Positions 26,288 to 39,132 of a stretch of DNA of 64,000 nt are shown here, piece after piece. Both the position numbers and the translations under genes were made by a program. Position 1 is the first letter of the stretch, and each line of letters begins with the position of its first letter. The stretch lies in the NCBI RefSeq assembly GCF_009914755.1, contig NC_060935.1; one strand, 5' to 3'. The notes below the pieces were generated by a model. That model had not been told where the DNA came from. It saw nothing but the letters and a program-made list of their open reading frames with translations, and searched no databases. The DNA comes from the human T2T-CHM13v2.0 reference genome, Homo sapiens.

Positions 26288-28154
26288 CATACATGCATAA
26301 GGCCATTTCAGTCAATGATAAACTGCATATACAATGATGATTCCGTATAATTATAATAGACCTGAAAAATTCCTATAGCCTAGTGACTACATAATATCCA
26401 TCATAATGCTATTGCACAATGCATCACTCATGTGTTTGTGGTGATGTTGGTGTAAACAAACCTACTGCGCTGCCAGTCACATAAAAGTATAGGCTGGGCA
26501 TGGTGGTGTAATCTTAGCACTTTGGGAGGTGGAATCAGGAGGATCACATGAGTCAGGAGTTTGACACCAGCTTGGTCAACATACCGAGACTCTATCTCTA
26601 TCCCCCACAAAAAGAAAAAAGAAAATATAGCACATACAATTATGTACAGTACATGTACTTGATAATGATAATATATGACTATATTACTGGTTTATGTATT
26701 TACTATCTTATGCTTTTTCTTGCCGTTTTAGAGTGTGTTCCTTCCATTTATTAAAAACAAAGTTAACTGTAAAGCAGTCTTAGCCATGTCTTTCAAAAGA
26801 TATTACAGAAGAAAGTATTCTAGTCACAGGAGATGACAGCTCCATGCATGTTACTGCCCCCTGAAGACCTTCCAGTGTGACAAAATGTGGAGATGGAAAA
26901 TAGTGATATTGATGATCCTGACCCTGTGTATGCCTAGGCTCATGTGTGTGTTTGTATCTTAGTTTACAACAAAAAAATTTAAAAAAGAAAAAGAAAAAAA
27001 AACATAAAAGCTTATATAATAAGGATATAGAGAAAGAAAATATTTTGTACAGCTGTAAAATGTATTTGTGTTTAAAGCTATTATTACAAAAGAGTAAAAA
27101 AATTATAAAATTAAAAACTTGAAACAGTAAAATGTTACAGTAAGCTAAGGTTAATTTATTATTAAAGAAAGACATTTTTAATAAATTTAATGCCATGTAA
27201 GCATATAGCATTTATATGCACATAACTTATTCAATTTCTTTATTTAATTGCATATAATTCTCAAAAGACATTTCCCCCTATGGGACATGAGCTCTAAACA
27301 GAAAAAGTCTGCCACTCTAACTTCTAAAATATTGTTTGACTAAGTTATTTTCTAAATTTCTAAAAGAAAAAATCAGAAAATTCACATCAATGCTAGTACC
27401 CTCAGCAATACAGAAACAAAGCTAGTGTTTTTTTTTTTTTTTCCCTCGAAAGAAGCTCTCATTTTTCTAATGTTTTCCCTTAGGTACTATGTGCACTACA
27501 ACTATGGACAGAGTGACTACTGGCAGAAATGAACCCATGTGAGAATTCTGGGATCGAAGAGAACAAGGAGCTAAAGGAAGTCAGTTGGATGATGTAGGAG
27601 GGAGGCTCCTGTTTTTCTGACATCACTGCCAGATGAAGCACCAAATAATTAGAAAGCTTTCACTCCATTTGCCTTGGATAGATTTAAAGGCTAGGCACAG
27701 TCATTTGTGTTAGTTAAAATCTCTGAAACCTTAAAAATAAATAAATAAATAAATAAAATCAAGTCTGTGGTAGTATACAGCAATGTCCTCGGCCTTCACA
27801 TTCCCTCACCAGTCACTCACTCACTCACCTAGAGCAACTTCTAGTCCTGACAGCACTGTACATGCCCTGTATAGGTATACCATTTTTATCATTTATACTA
27901 TATTTTTATTGTATCTTTTAAGTGTTTAGGTTTACAAATACTACTGTGCTACAATTGCCTACAGGATTCAGTACAGTAGCAATCTGCACAGGTTTGTAGC
28001 CTAGGAGCCATAGGCTATGCCATATAGCCCAGACGTGCCATAGGCAATATCCTCCAGGCTCTGTAAGTGCATGCTATGATGTTTGCACCACAACAAAATC
28101 ACCTAACTATGCATTTATCAGAAGGTACTCCTGTCACTAAGCAAAGCATGACTA
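26288..28154 (+). mobile_element. Tigger3 (MER7/Golem) DNA transposon, interrupted by a FLAM and a 544-bp unrelated insert
   Basis: CTGAAAAATTCCTATAGCCTAGTGAC; GGAGATGACAGCTCCATGCATGTTA; GATCCTGACCCTGTGTATGCCTAGGCT; resumes at 27761; ends CATGACTA-TA. Confidence 0.85.
26492..26625 (+). mobile_element. FLAM / Alu left monomer
   Basis: Single 7SL-derived monomer with A-rich tail; TSD AAAAGTATAG / AAAATATAG inside Tigger3. Confidence 0.85.
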
Positions 28155-28679
28155 TACCTATAACCTTGAATTACTAGCTGTGTGACCTTTATATACCCCT
28201 TAACCTCTCTGAGCTGCCTTTGCAATTTGACATCAATAACCAACTCCAGGTTTGCTGTCAGGATTAAAGAAGAAGAGTAGCTAACATTTACTGAGCTCTT
28301 ACTACTGTATATAAAAGGTCCTCATACAATATACAGTACTATCAGGTATAAGATATTATTGTGCACAGCAGCTGGTTAAAGGATTCTCAACAGAAGAATG
28401 AAATTCACATTCACTTCACAATCACCCTCTGATTAAAATGCCACTTGGGAAGTACAGACCTTTCATTCTGAAATGATCCACATTCCAAACAAAAGGTTAA
28501 ATAGAAAGTTACCACTTTGACTTCGCAATCAAAGGTAAGTTCAATCTGTCAGCCTGTATTTATGAGGCAGAGAGGGAGCAATGACAATACTCTGAAATGA
28601 AGTTCACCTTGTTCAAGAGATGCTTTTCTGTGGAACACTGAAAACCAATACTCTGAAGCCTCTGGCACAGTTGAACTCT

Positions 28680-29380
<701 letters not shown>

Positions 29381-29777
29381 ATGAGGGAAAATAATGACTA
29401 ATTTTGCTTGGGTGGTTAAGAAAACCCATAGAGAGGCAATATATGAGTTTTAGTCTTTAAGAAGTAGGAGGAAGTGGGGCAAGGCTTTTCTCTAAGGAAA
29501 CAAAATATGCACAAAAACTTCTGTCAGAAGCAGCCACCAACCCACCAAGGCCTGACCAAGAGCGTGTGCTCCAGGAAGAGGCACTTTCTCAGTGCAGCTG
29601 AGCAGAGCAGCCCACAGGCCTGGGGAAAAGGAGGCCCGAAAGGCTGCCTGGCACACCTGTTTATGAGCTACCTAGAAGGCTGTTTTCACCAGTTAGAATT
29701 TGTTTTACAGACAACTGAAACCCATTTAAAGTATTTAAGCATTAAAATGACATGGTGGAAAAACTAAGTTCTAAAAT

Positions 29778-29954
29778 AATGGTTCTCAAACTTGAGAACA
29801 CACAAGAATAGTTTATGAAAATGCCAATTCTCAGGATGTTCACCTAAATTTTACTATTCTACAGGGCCCATTGAGGTCCATTGAACAGATTTTTTTACCA
29901 GCACCTAATGAGTCTTATGCAGATGTTTTGGAGACCATACTTTGAGAAGCAGTG
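29778..29954. mobile_element. MER5-family MITE
   Basis: ATGGTTCTCAAACTTGAG ... CCATACTTTGAGAAGCAGTG, followed by TTCTAG. Confidence 0.65.
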
Positions 29955-30299
29955 TTCTAGAAAGGTAACTCTGGCAGCAGAGCATGAAATGAATGAAGGA
30001 AAGTAAGAAGGCAGGCTGGGCTCACCATCAATTGGCTTTGTCCATGGGCAGAACTTTTGCTCATATACCACGGTCGGTCATGTGGGGTGCAAGTGAGTGG
30101 CAGTATTCTCTAGAGACAGAAGGCATCATAGGCTCATAGATTTTCCTCTCCATATTTGCATGTTCTTCCATTAAAATGATAAAAACCAGTGTTTCATTTG
30201 CTTCAATGTCTTACAAAAAGCCTTGCTTTGACATTTTTACTCAGAACCTGTCCCCTCAGTCATAAGTCCTAAGAATGACAGGATGGGAAGCAAATCTGA

Positions 30300-30644
<345 letters not shown>

Positions 30645-32959
30645 TGATTTTCTTTTGATAGAATGAGTTTGCTCTCAGGTTTGTTGGCTCCTGATGCAAA
30701 TACATTTCTGATGGTCTTTTTTCACCATTTCTTCCAAAATGACCAGATGTTTTTGAATTCCATTGGGGAACACAGCTTAGGCTCTAATGGGAACCCCCAG
30801 CCCACATACATACCAGTAATTGTGTACAATGCATGATGAACAGATCTGTTTTCCTGTCTTCACCTATAGAGTTCCAGAGCTCATCTGGTCTAAGTACAAA
30901 TCTGAAGCCTTGGACTCACCACTGGAGTTGGTCTTGCTGCCAGTGTCCCTAGGTGGAGCCCTCAGTGCATGTTTACTGACCAAGTTGAGTTTTCCCTCAT
31001 CCCTATCTACCACAGTCACCCAGTTGTTGCTTGGGCCTTAGTTTGCTGATGGACACTCCAGATTTTTTTCCTTGGGACTGGAGCTCTTCCCTAAGCCACA
31101 TCCTCTTACTCTGGGCCTTAATTCATGACCTAACTCTCTCTAGGTCCCTCCCCACCAGGCTGAATTCTGCTCTAAGCCAAGGGGGGTCATGAGAGTCTCC
31201 ATGTTGCAACCTGCCTCACTGTATGCCTGGTACCTGGCCTGGAACTATGCCAGATTAGAACTCTTGATGTTGATGTTGGCTTGATTAAACTATTTTTGTT
31301 TATTTCATTCCTTAGGGCACTATAGTTTTTCTTTCTGATCACCCTACTCCATAGTCATATTAGTTCCCAGGCCAAGCTCTGCCTTTTCCCAGCTCCATCC
31401 CTTACAAGGCTATGAAGAAGGAGCTAATGGATCATATTTCTAAGCCCAAAGAGATGTGCCATTACACGAAGTCAAAATGCTGTTGCAGTTCACAGAAATT
31501 AAAGTTTGTTATATTTTAAGTCGACTCATGATGCAAATTCACATAAAATTTTGTTAAATGCCATAAAGAAAATCCAAACTTGTCTATTACTTTTCTGGGA
31601 GGACCCAAGTAGAGCTATCTCCACTCTCACTTCTCGTCTCTAAAACTGGACAGGATATGCTCTTCAAACGTGACTATCTTAAATTCAGGGGAGGAGAAAT
31701 GAGAATTTCTCCTCAGACATCCTGAGATCATGTGCTCCAGCACAGATTTTATTAATGTTATTTTGCTTTCCATTTGGCAATTGTTTCTTGTGTGGCCAGC
31801 TCTACAGGTTAGGATGGAGACACCATCCTCTGTCCCAGAGACAGATGGAGTCAGTAATAGAATTTGGGTACCAAACCCCAACTCTTAACTCTAAGACGAT
31901 ATATGTGAATGTAATCTGTGAACTTCAGGACACTCTTCAAACTGTGATATCATAGTTATTTCAGACTTAACATAAACGAATTAAGAATGGTCAATATGTT
32001 GTTGACAATACAACCTACTCATTGCCTCTCTGCAAGGTTTTTGGATGTGCCTCTTAATCCTCAAAGGACAGAGAGGATCATTACTTTTGTCAGAGTCTTA
32101 GAGAGGGTTTGGACCAAGAGGACACTGTTAATAAATGCTATGAACCCTTTGTCAGGAAGCTACTATATGAATACTAAAATTCATTATTACCTTACAATGT
32201 GCACAAAAGAACACCTTCTCATTGTCACCTTAGGGGCAGGAGAAAAGTAACAATTTTATCAGCACCTGTGATTCTCTGACACAGAACTCTCTCCAGGAAA
32301 GCTGTTGCATTTTGATAGACCATCAATCTCAGCTCTTGGGCAATTGGCTTCCACCTAGCTGATGTGGAAATCAATCTTGGTTCCCAGAGGGCAGAGCAAC
32401 TGTTACCAAAGGTTACAAAACAATTGCAGTTCCTTTTCTTCAGAAGCTAGTATAAAAGGACTTCTACCAGTCTTGGATAAATTTATCTCTCTGCTCTGCT
32501 CTCAGCTCCTCTCCTGGCCAATTTAGGAGAAAGAATGATGGAATCCAAAACACTGATGGTAGGAAAGTCAAACGAAAGGGCTGTCATTTTTAAAAAATAT
32601 GATAACAGAGGTTAAACTGAACTTAGAAATATGGAAAATTATGCTATTTCAAGTTTCTCACATATCTGCCATGAATTCAGCCTAAGGCTAAATTCAACAT
32701 ATTCCCACTGTGTTACACATGCTGAATTCTGACAATAGACAATAGCATCCCAACAGGACACTTATAATCAGCTGGGTCTCCATCTCCGTATTTCCTTTAT
32801 TTAGTCTAATAGATTGCCAATTTCTGTCATTTTCTTTCCTTTTCTGTCTCATCTATCTCTATTTTTCCTTTCTCCCTGGGAGAAATAAAACACAGAATTT
32901 CACCTAGATTATTGAGATAACTTTCTTAAAGAATCCCTACTTCAAGACTTTTCCTCCAA

Positions 32960-33170
32960 TTCATTCATCAACTGATCATTGCAGGCCTGCTTTGTGCCAG
33001 GCATTTTTTTCCCACATCCTGAGAGGTGCATATTATATGTCCATTTAATGGATAATGTTGCTAAGGCCCAGAAAGGTGAATTGCATAGGACACTCAAAGT
33101 TACATACTTAACACTTGGCAGGTCAGAATTTGAATTTGGGTCTGTAGATGCCACATTTTACTGTTTGCCA
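32960..33170 (-). mobile_element. MIR SINE
   Basis: CTTTGTGCCAGGCA...CCATTTAATGGAT...CTAAGGCCCAGAAAGG...GAATTTGAATTTGGGTCTG. Confidence 0.65.
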
Positions 33171-33319
33171 TTCCATTACATCATGTTCCTTCCACCTGAC
33201 TTCCTTGTGGGCCTTCTCCAACAAAACGTTCACTATTTCACACCCCTCTCAAGTCTCCAATGGGTCGCCCATTACCAAATTCCTATGTCTGCCATTAATA
33301 TAACCTGATGCCAAAGTCT

Positions 33320-33518
33320 ATGTAAGTCTGATTGGGCTGCTATAACAAAATATCACATACTGGGTGGCTTAAACAACATACATTTATTTTCTCACTTTTC
33401 TGGATGCTGAGAAGTCCAAAATCAAGTTGGCAGCAGGGTTAGTGCCTGGTAAGGGTTCTCCCCTTGGGTTACAGTTACCTTTTTACTGTGTACTCACATG
33501 GCCCTCTCTCAGTGCTTA

Positions 33519-33570
<52 letters not shown>

Positions 33571-33760
33571 AGTGCATGAAAGAGAGCTCTCTGGTGTCTC
33601 TTCTTATAAAGACATTAAACCTATGGGATCACAGAACTGCCTTTATGACCTCATTTAAACTGAATTACTTTCTTAGTGGCCCAATCTCCAAATATAGCCA
33701 CAATGGTTTTAATGCTTCAATATATAAATTTTGGGGTACATAAACATTCAGTACATAACA
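33320..33760 (-). mobile_element. MaLR solo LTR (MLT1A/B-like) with (GA)n expansion
   Basis: GGGCTGCTATAACAAAATATCAC...GGGTGGCTTAAACAAC ... AACATTCAGTACATAACA; (GA)n at ~33523-33566. Confidence 0.85.
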
Positions 33761-36700
33761 CAAAGTATCCAAGTAACCCCGTATTTCTCTCCTCCTTCTT
33801 AGAAACTTTTCACCTGAAAAGCTGGTCTGTTATACAACTTTGCCAATCATCATGGACAGTTCATGTCTTTTGCCACTTCTGGACCATTGTTCTTATAATT
33901 TCTCCTATAATTTGGAAATGTTTTTCCAACTCCTTTCTACCTATTAAAATTATACTCATTTTTAAGCCAAACCTTATCCCACATCTTTCTAGAACTTTTA
34001 AAAATGATTTTCCTGACCCCAATGACATTTTCTTACTCTGAACTCTGGAAGCACTTACTATCTGCACAGAAGGCTGTATACAGATTACTTGGTGTCACTG
34101 TTGATTTTTCCCAAGGTGCTTCTTGCTAACAGATTCTCACTGTACATGGACACCTTGACGTTACTTGAGATAATGTGGACCAATGATCAGCTAGGCCCCA
34201 CTTCCTGCATTCCTACAACCTGCTCCTTTTCTCATGACATAGATTTCACTGTGTTGCATGAGGCTCACTCATACTGAGTCTTTTAAAATTTTCTTTCTCC
34301 TTTTTCCCATGTCCAATTTTTCTTTAAATAATTATACTTTATATCCTATGTTTCAGTCTACTTGCTCCTTTTCTTCTTTTCTAAAAAGCACCATCTTAAG
34401 TTCTTTTTACCTCACTTGCATAGAGCATCTGGCATTCACTCTCTCCCTATCTTAATTTACTTCCATATACCAGCCAGTCAGTCTCCCTCCATAATTACCT
34501 ATTCTATTATGCTCCTTACTGCATTGTTCAGCTCTTTTTTCAGATCCTCTGGTTTACAAGTTTGGATGTAGTATGGAAGCCTCATTCGATACCACTAGAT
34601 TATAAATTCTACATGACCTTTTGCTGCTGCTGTTATCACTTGGTTCATGCTTCATAGAAACTTGTTGCTTGGTTGAACACCATTCTCATTTCACTCCTCA
34701 TCTCAAAGTCTTACGGTAAACCCATTGCCCATTTTGGCATCACATTTCTACTTGCTCAGATGCATTGTTAAAACCTAAAATCAATTCTCTGTCTTCACGT
34801 CACTCAGTCATGCTTTGCTGATTGCCTTCCACATTTTCCTCTACCATAGTCTCACTGCTCCAAAAACGTGAATCTGACTAGACTCACTTACCCTTGCCTT
34901 ACTTCTGACCTGAAGGATCCCACACTGTCTTCTAACCTGGGTGTTGGAATCTCTTATGTTCCAGGCAGTTGTGTGCTTGTTGTCTCCAACACAAAGACAG
35001 AAATGATTGCAAACCATAGCAAAACATGACAATGCAACATAAGCCCACAAGAGCAAAAAAGAAAAAAGAAGACAGAATTTTAATTTCTATGTATGATTCC
35101 TGATAGCTCAATTAGGAAATGTCTGAATTGAGATTTGGCTTATGAATCCAATCCTTAAACCAGGCAGAGTCACATTTGAAACAGGAGTTAGGGTTTAAAG
35201 ACAACATGTAAGGTGGAAACTATGCAGAACATTTCTTAGAAAATGTTGGACTGACACATAATCCCTCCCTCAACAAGTTTGACATGGAAGTTTCTCCTGT
35301 TTTTTTTTTTAATTGGAAACTAGATGAAATAGTTGGCATGAGTTGAGGACACATGTTGTACCAAAAAAAAATGTGACTTTAAATAACAAGCATCATTCAG
35401 CTCAGGAAAATGTTCACATTATGAAAGTCACATAAGATACGACACAGGCCTTGAGAAGAGCAGATTCACATTCATTTTAAAGTATAAATTCATTGTCAGA
35501 AATGGCAAGCTCTTTCTACTTTTCATACTGCACAGAGACTTGGCTGCTACTTTTTCCAGTGCACAGAATAGCTTACGTAGCAGGTACTCAATAAGCACAT
35601 GATTAAGTTTAATAGTGTCGCCCTTGCAGTTCAGAAATCAGACCCTCACAGGTGTCTCCCTCTTTTCCCCATTTCTCCACCTTTGCTCCATCAGGCACTT
35701 GAGTGCATCAGGGACCTCCCATTGCCACCGCTTGTACAGCATGGCAGAGCACTCAGGGCCAAGCCCACAGGAGTATTTCCTGTGTGGTCTGGCGTGATAG
35801 GAATATTTGCACAAATTTTCTTCATTTACAGCTAGAAAAAAGAACTGAAGGCTCCCCCAATTAGCCTCCATAAAAAAGTGCTAGTTAAGGAGACAGTAGT
35901 TTATGGAAATGTTGCCTGTAATAAAACTCTTTAATAATTTCACTATTTTGTAGGTCTTAGAGAAAGCACATTACCCTCACATGAGCAATGAAAGCCCATG
36001 AAATCTTTCAATTTCCTAACTCTGAAATCTTTTCAATTTCCTAATTCATGTAGTGATCATCCCCTTAAATTTTCATTAAGGTAGAAAGAAATGTATAGTC
36101 TTGTCATATCTATATAAGTTGTCTTGAATTTATAAATGGGGATTTCCCAAAAATTTACCTGTAAGTCCCTTCTTTGGAATTTGGAACTATTTCCCCATAG
36201 AAACGATGTAAACCATGGTATTCAAGTCTCGGGCCAGCCCACAACGGCCTTTCCAACCTGTGGTGTAGGTGAATTGGACAGATAAAATCCCTAAGCCTTG
36301 AATAGCACAAGACCTAGCCTCAGCTCTATGGGACAAAGACATGGGACCCAGGCCCTGAACTTCTGCTCCTATTCCATGAATCTTGAGAAGGATAAGATCA
36401 GAGACTGGAGGGTCCCTCAGTTAGAGCTCAAGGCAGAAGAGAAAAAGGCTCAAAAAGAAGCTGGAGACTCAAGAAGCATCTGGGGAGGATCTGGTATAAT
36501 GTAAATGAAGTCTGTCGCATCAGGTGCTTAGAATTGCACAAAATCTCCCATCTTTGCTCTCTTCCTATCTTTCTATGTTGTTTTCTTCTCTTGAAAGAAT
36601 AGGGGCTTTGAAACATTCCCTTTCCTACTGGGTGAACTTAGCTCCTTTTTGGATGCTTATGCTCTTTCATATATCATATGGAGATAATATCCAACTTGCA

Positions 36701-37689
36701 AGTGGTAGATATTAAATACAATTTAGTTGGTACATAGTAATATTGTAATACATAGTAATATTGTAGTACATAATAACTAATGTTATTATTACAATGCTGC
36801 TTTACCTAATAAATTGTAGAAGAATTTGAAGACCAGGCAGTTTTTACAGGCAGGCAGCCTCACTATTGTAATATTTTTCAATGTTTAATGTATTAGGTAC
36901 TAAACCAAAGTACAGGCAGCCCCAGAGAGGAAAGAACAAAAATAATCACTTGGAATGCAAATATGCATGTTGCAGCACCCTAGCTGAAGACAACTCTGCT
37001 GATTTTGCTAATGTTGGGCAGTCTCTTCAAATGAAATATACTGCCCTAGTCAAAGGATAGGCTTGAGCTGCTCCTCCGTTAGGTTCCTGGGTTGACCAGA
37101 ATTCTTCATCCTCATGAAGTGGGCCCTGTCTCTAAGATCATATGTGAGATGAAGGTAGTGAACCCGTAACCTTGTCTCATTCATCCTTAACATGATCTCA
37201 CCTTCTCCCATTGGCTGCTGGAGATGCTGACCAGGCCAGTCTTCTACATGGTAAATCTAGCCTCATGGAATTTTCAACTTAGCCTCTTTGTTTTATAGGC
37301 TTACAAAAACTCTCATATAAATAAAATCCTTTGTTTCTTATTGTCCTATGCCAGTAAGTCCTTGAAGCTACAACTATTTATTGTCTTGCACTATGCCTGC
37401 TGTTCAGAGTTCTTTTTCAGTCTGGATTCCCTAGTTCTCTGTCAACCTGGCCATTTCCACTAACCTCAGAGGTGAGGGCCATTGCAAAAACAGTAAGAGG
37501 CTTAGGAATTTAATCAGTAAAACTGAAGCAGCTGCTGGTGAATATCTTTCTAAGCTTTTACTGTTGATGACTGAAAACGCCATGTAGCACATGGATGACA
37601 GAGAGATGACAGGTCCAAGTCATAAGGTAGTGTATAGAAGCAGACAGCCTACTGCCCAGGGGGAAGGGCTTTGGGTTTCTCATTAGGAA

Positions 37690-37880
37690 AACTAAGGTCT
37701 AACTTAGCCACTACTTAAGATGTGACCTCTAGCAAGTACTTAATCTCATTGTACTTCAATTTCATTACCTGAAATAGATATCATAATACCTGCTCCAACT
37801 ATCTGTATTGTTTTCTAGATCAAATTAGATAATAGGTAACATATTTTGAAAACATACAGTATATTACACTAAGCATATGC
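37690..37880 (+). mobile_element. MIR SINE
   Basis: GCCACTACTTAAGATGTGACCTCTAGCAAGTACTTAATCTC...CTTCAATTTC. Confidence 0.6.
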
Positions 37881-38961
37881 AAGGAATTATATTGTCAATC
37901 ATGACCATTATTATAAAACTATTCCATAGCCTGTTAGCTTGCTCTGAAGACAAATGCCATGTTGACCTCTTCAGTATGCCAGCTATATTCCCAAAGGATA
38001 CACTGACCTTTTTGATACAGTTTTCTGTTTTTTGGTCTATTGCATTCTCTGTTTATTGGCCTGTGTCCTGCCTTGCCAGCAGTAATCAGCTTTCAGCTTT
38101 GTTTATAAACTCCTAATTGCAGTTATTTTTCTTTTACTAGATATTGGCATCAATTAATAAATGTTCATTGAGCATCTGCTATATGAATTAGACAGTTTAC
38201 TGGTTCCTAAAAATGCAAAGATGACTAAGGCACAGTCCCTAAACATAAGGAATTTATAACTGATCTCAGGATTTCACAGTAAGGGAAGAAAGAATAGGAG
38301 ATACACAGGGATATTCTCAAGGGCTATGTTTGGGGATAGCTTTCATCCCTTCCATTTACACTCTATTGGACAGAAGACAGTACACAACCCTAACATAGCA
38401 ATAAAGGAAGGTAGAAACTATACTCTTCTTGTGTGTCCAGAAAAAAAAAATGATAAAACAGAATGTGCTGACCATTTAGCATCGCTTCTGTCATATGATC
38501 CAATACAAGATTGATTTTGGTATATACATGGCATTAAGGGAGCAGAGACAATGCAGTCATTACATTGCTGAAAGGTTGGGGAAATTGATGTTACAGCGGA
38601 GACTTGGAAGATGATTGTGCTTTGCCAACGACTGAAGTAGAAGAAGGGCACTTCAGAAGAAGAGTGTGGAACAATTGCTGAGGCATCAAGAAGCTCATGC
38701 TGTTTGCAAGAACTGATTTATTAAGTTGAATTCTATAGCTTCATGGAATATGATAAAATACAAAACTGAAAAGCTAGATTGGGAGTACATTTCTAAGGTC
38801 CTTGAATGCCAGGTTAGAATTTAAATTTATTTTGCCATGTGGTAGGAAGCTATTAAAGATTTTAAACACGGAACTTTGGTGTGATTTGAAGAGAAAAATC
38901 CTCTGATGGCAGAGTACGGAGGAAATTGTAGAGTGAGAGACTAATTAGGAGATGAACTATG

Positions 38962-39132
38962 TCAATGGTTTTCAAACAGAGCTGCATGCCAGAATTTCCT
39001 GAGGAACTTCACAAATACAGATATATAGGCCCTTCACTGAACTAATTCAATCAGAATTTCTGGGACAAATACTGTGTTTTTCAAAATGACTTAGGTGATT
39101 CTCATGTAGAACCAGTGTTGAGAGTCACTGAT
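38962..39132. mobile_element. MER5-family MITE next to L2 relics
   Basis: CAATGGTTTTCAAAC...AGGTGATTCTCATGT...TTGAGAGTCACTG. Confidence 0.7.

Noticed and set aside
35999-36776. Short tandem duplications (~24 bp at 35999-36044, 18 bp at 36731-36776; also 20 bp at 63471-63510)
   Set aside because: Ordinary slippage duplications of 2-3 copies with no spacer structure.
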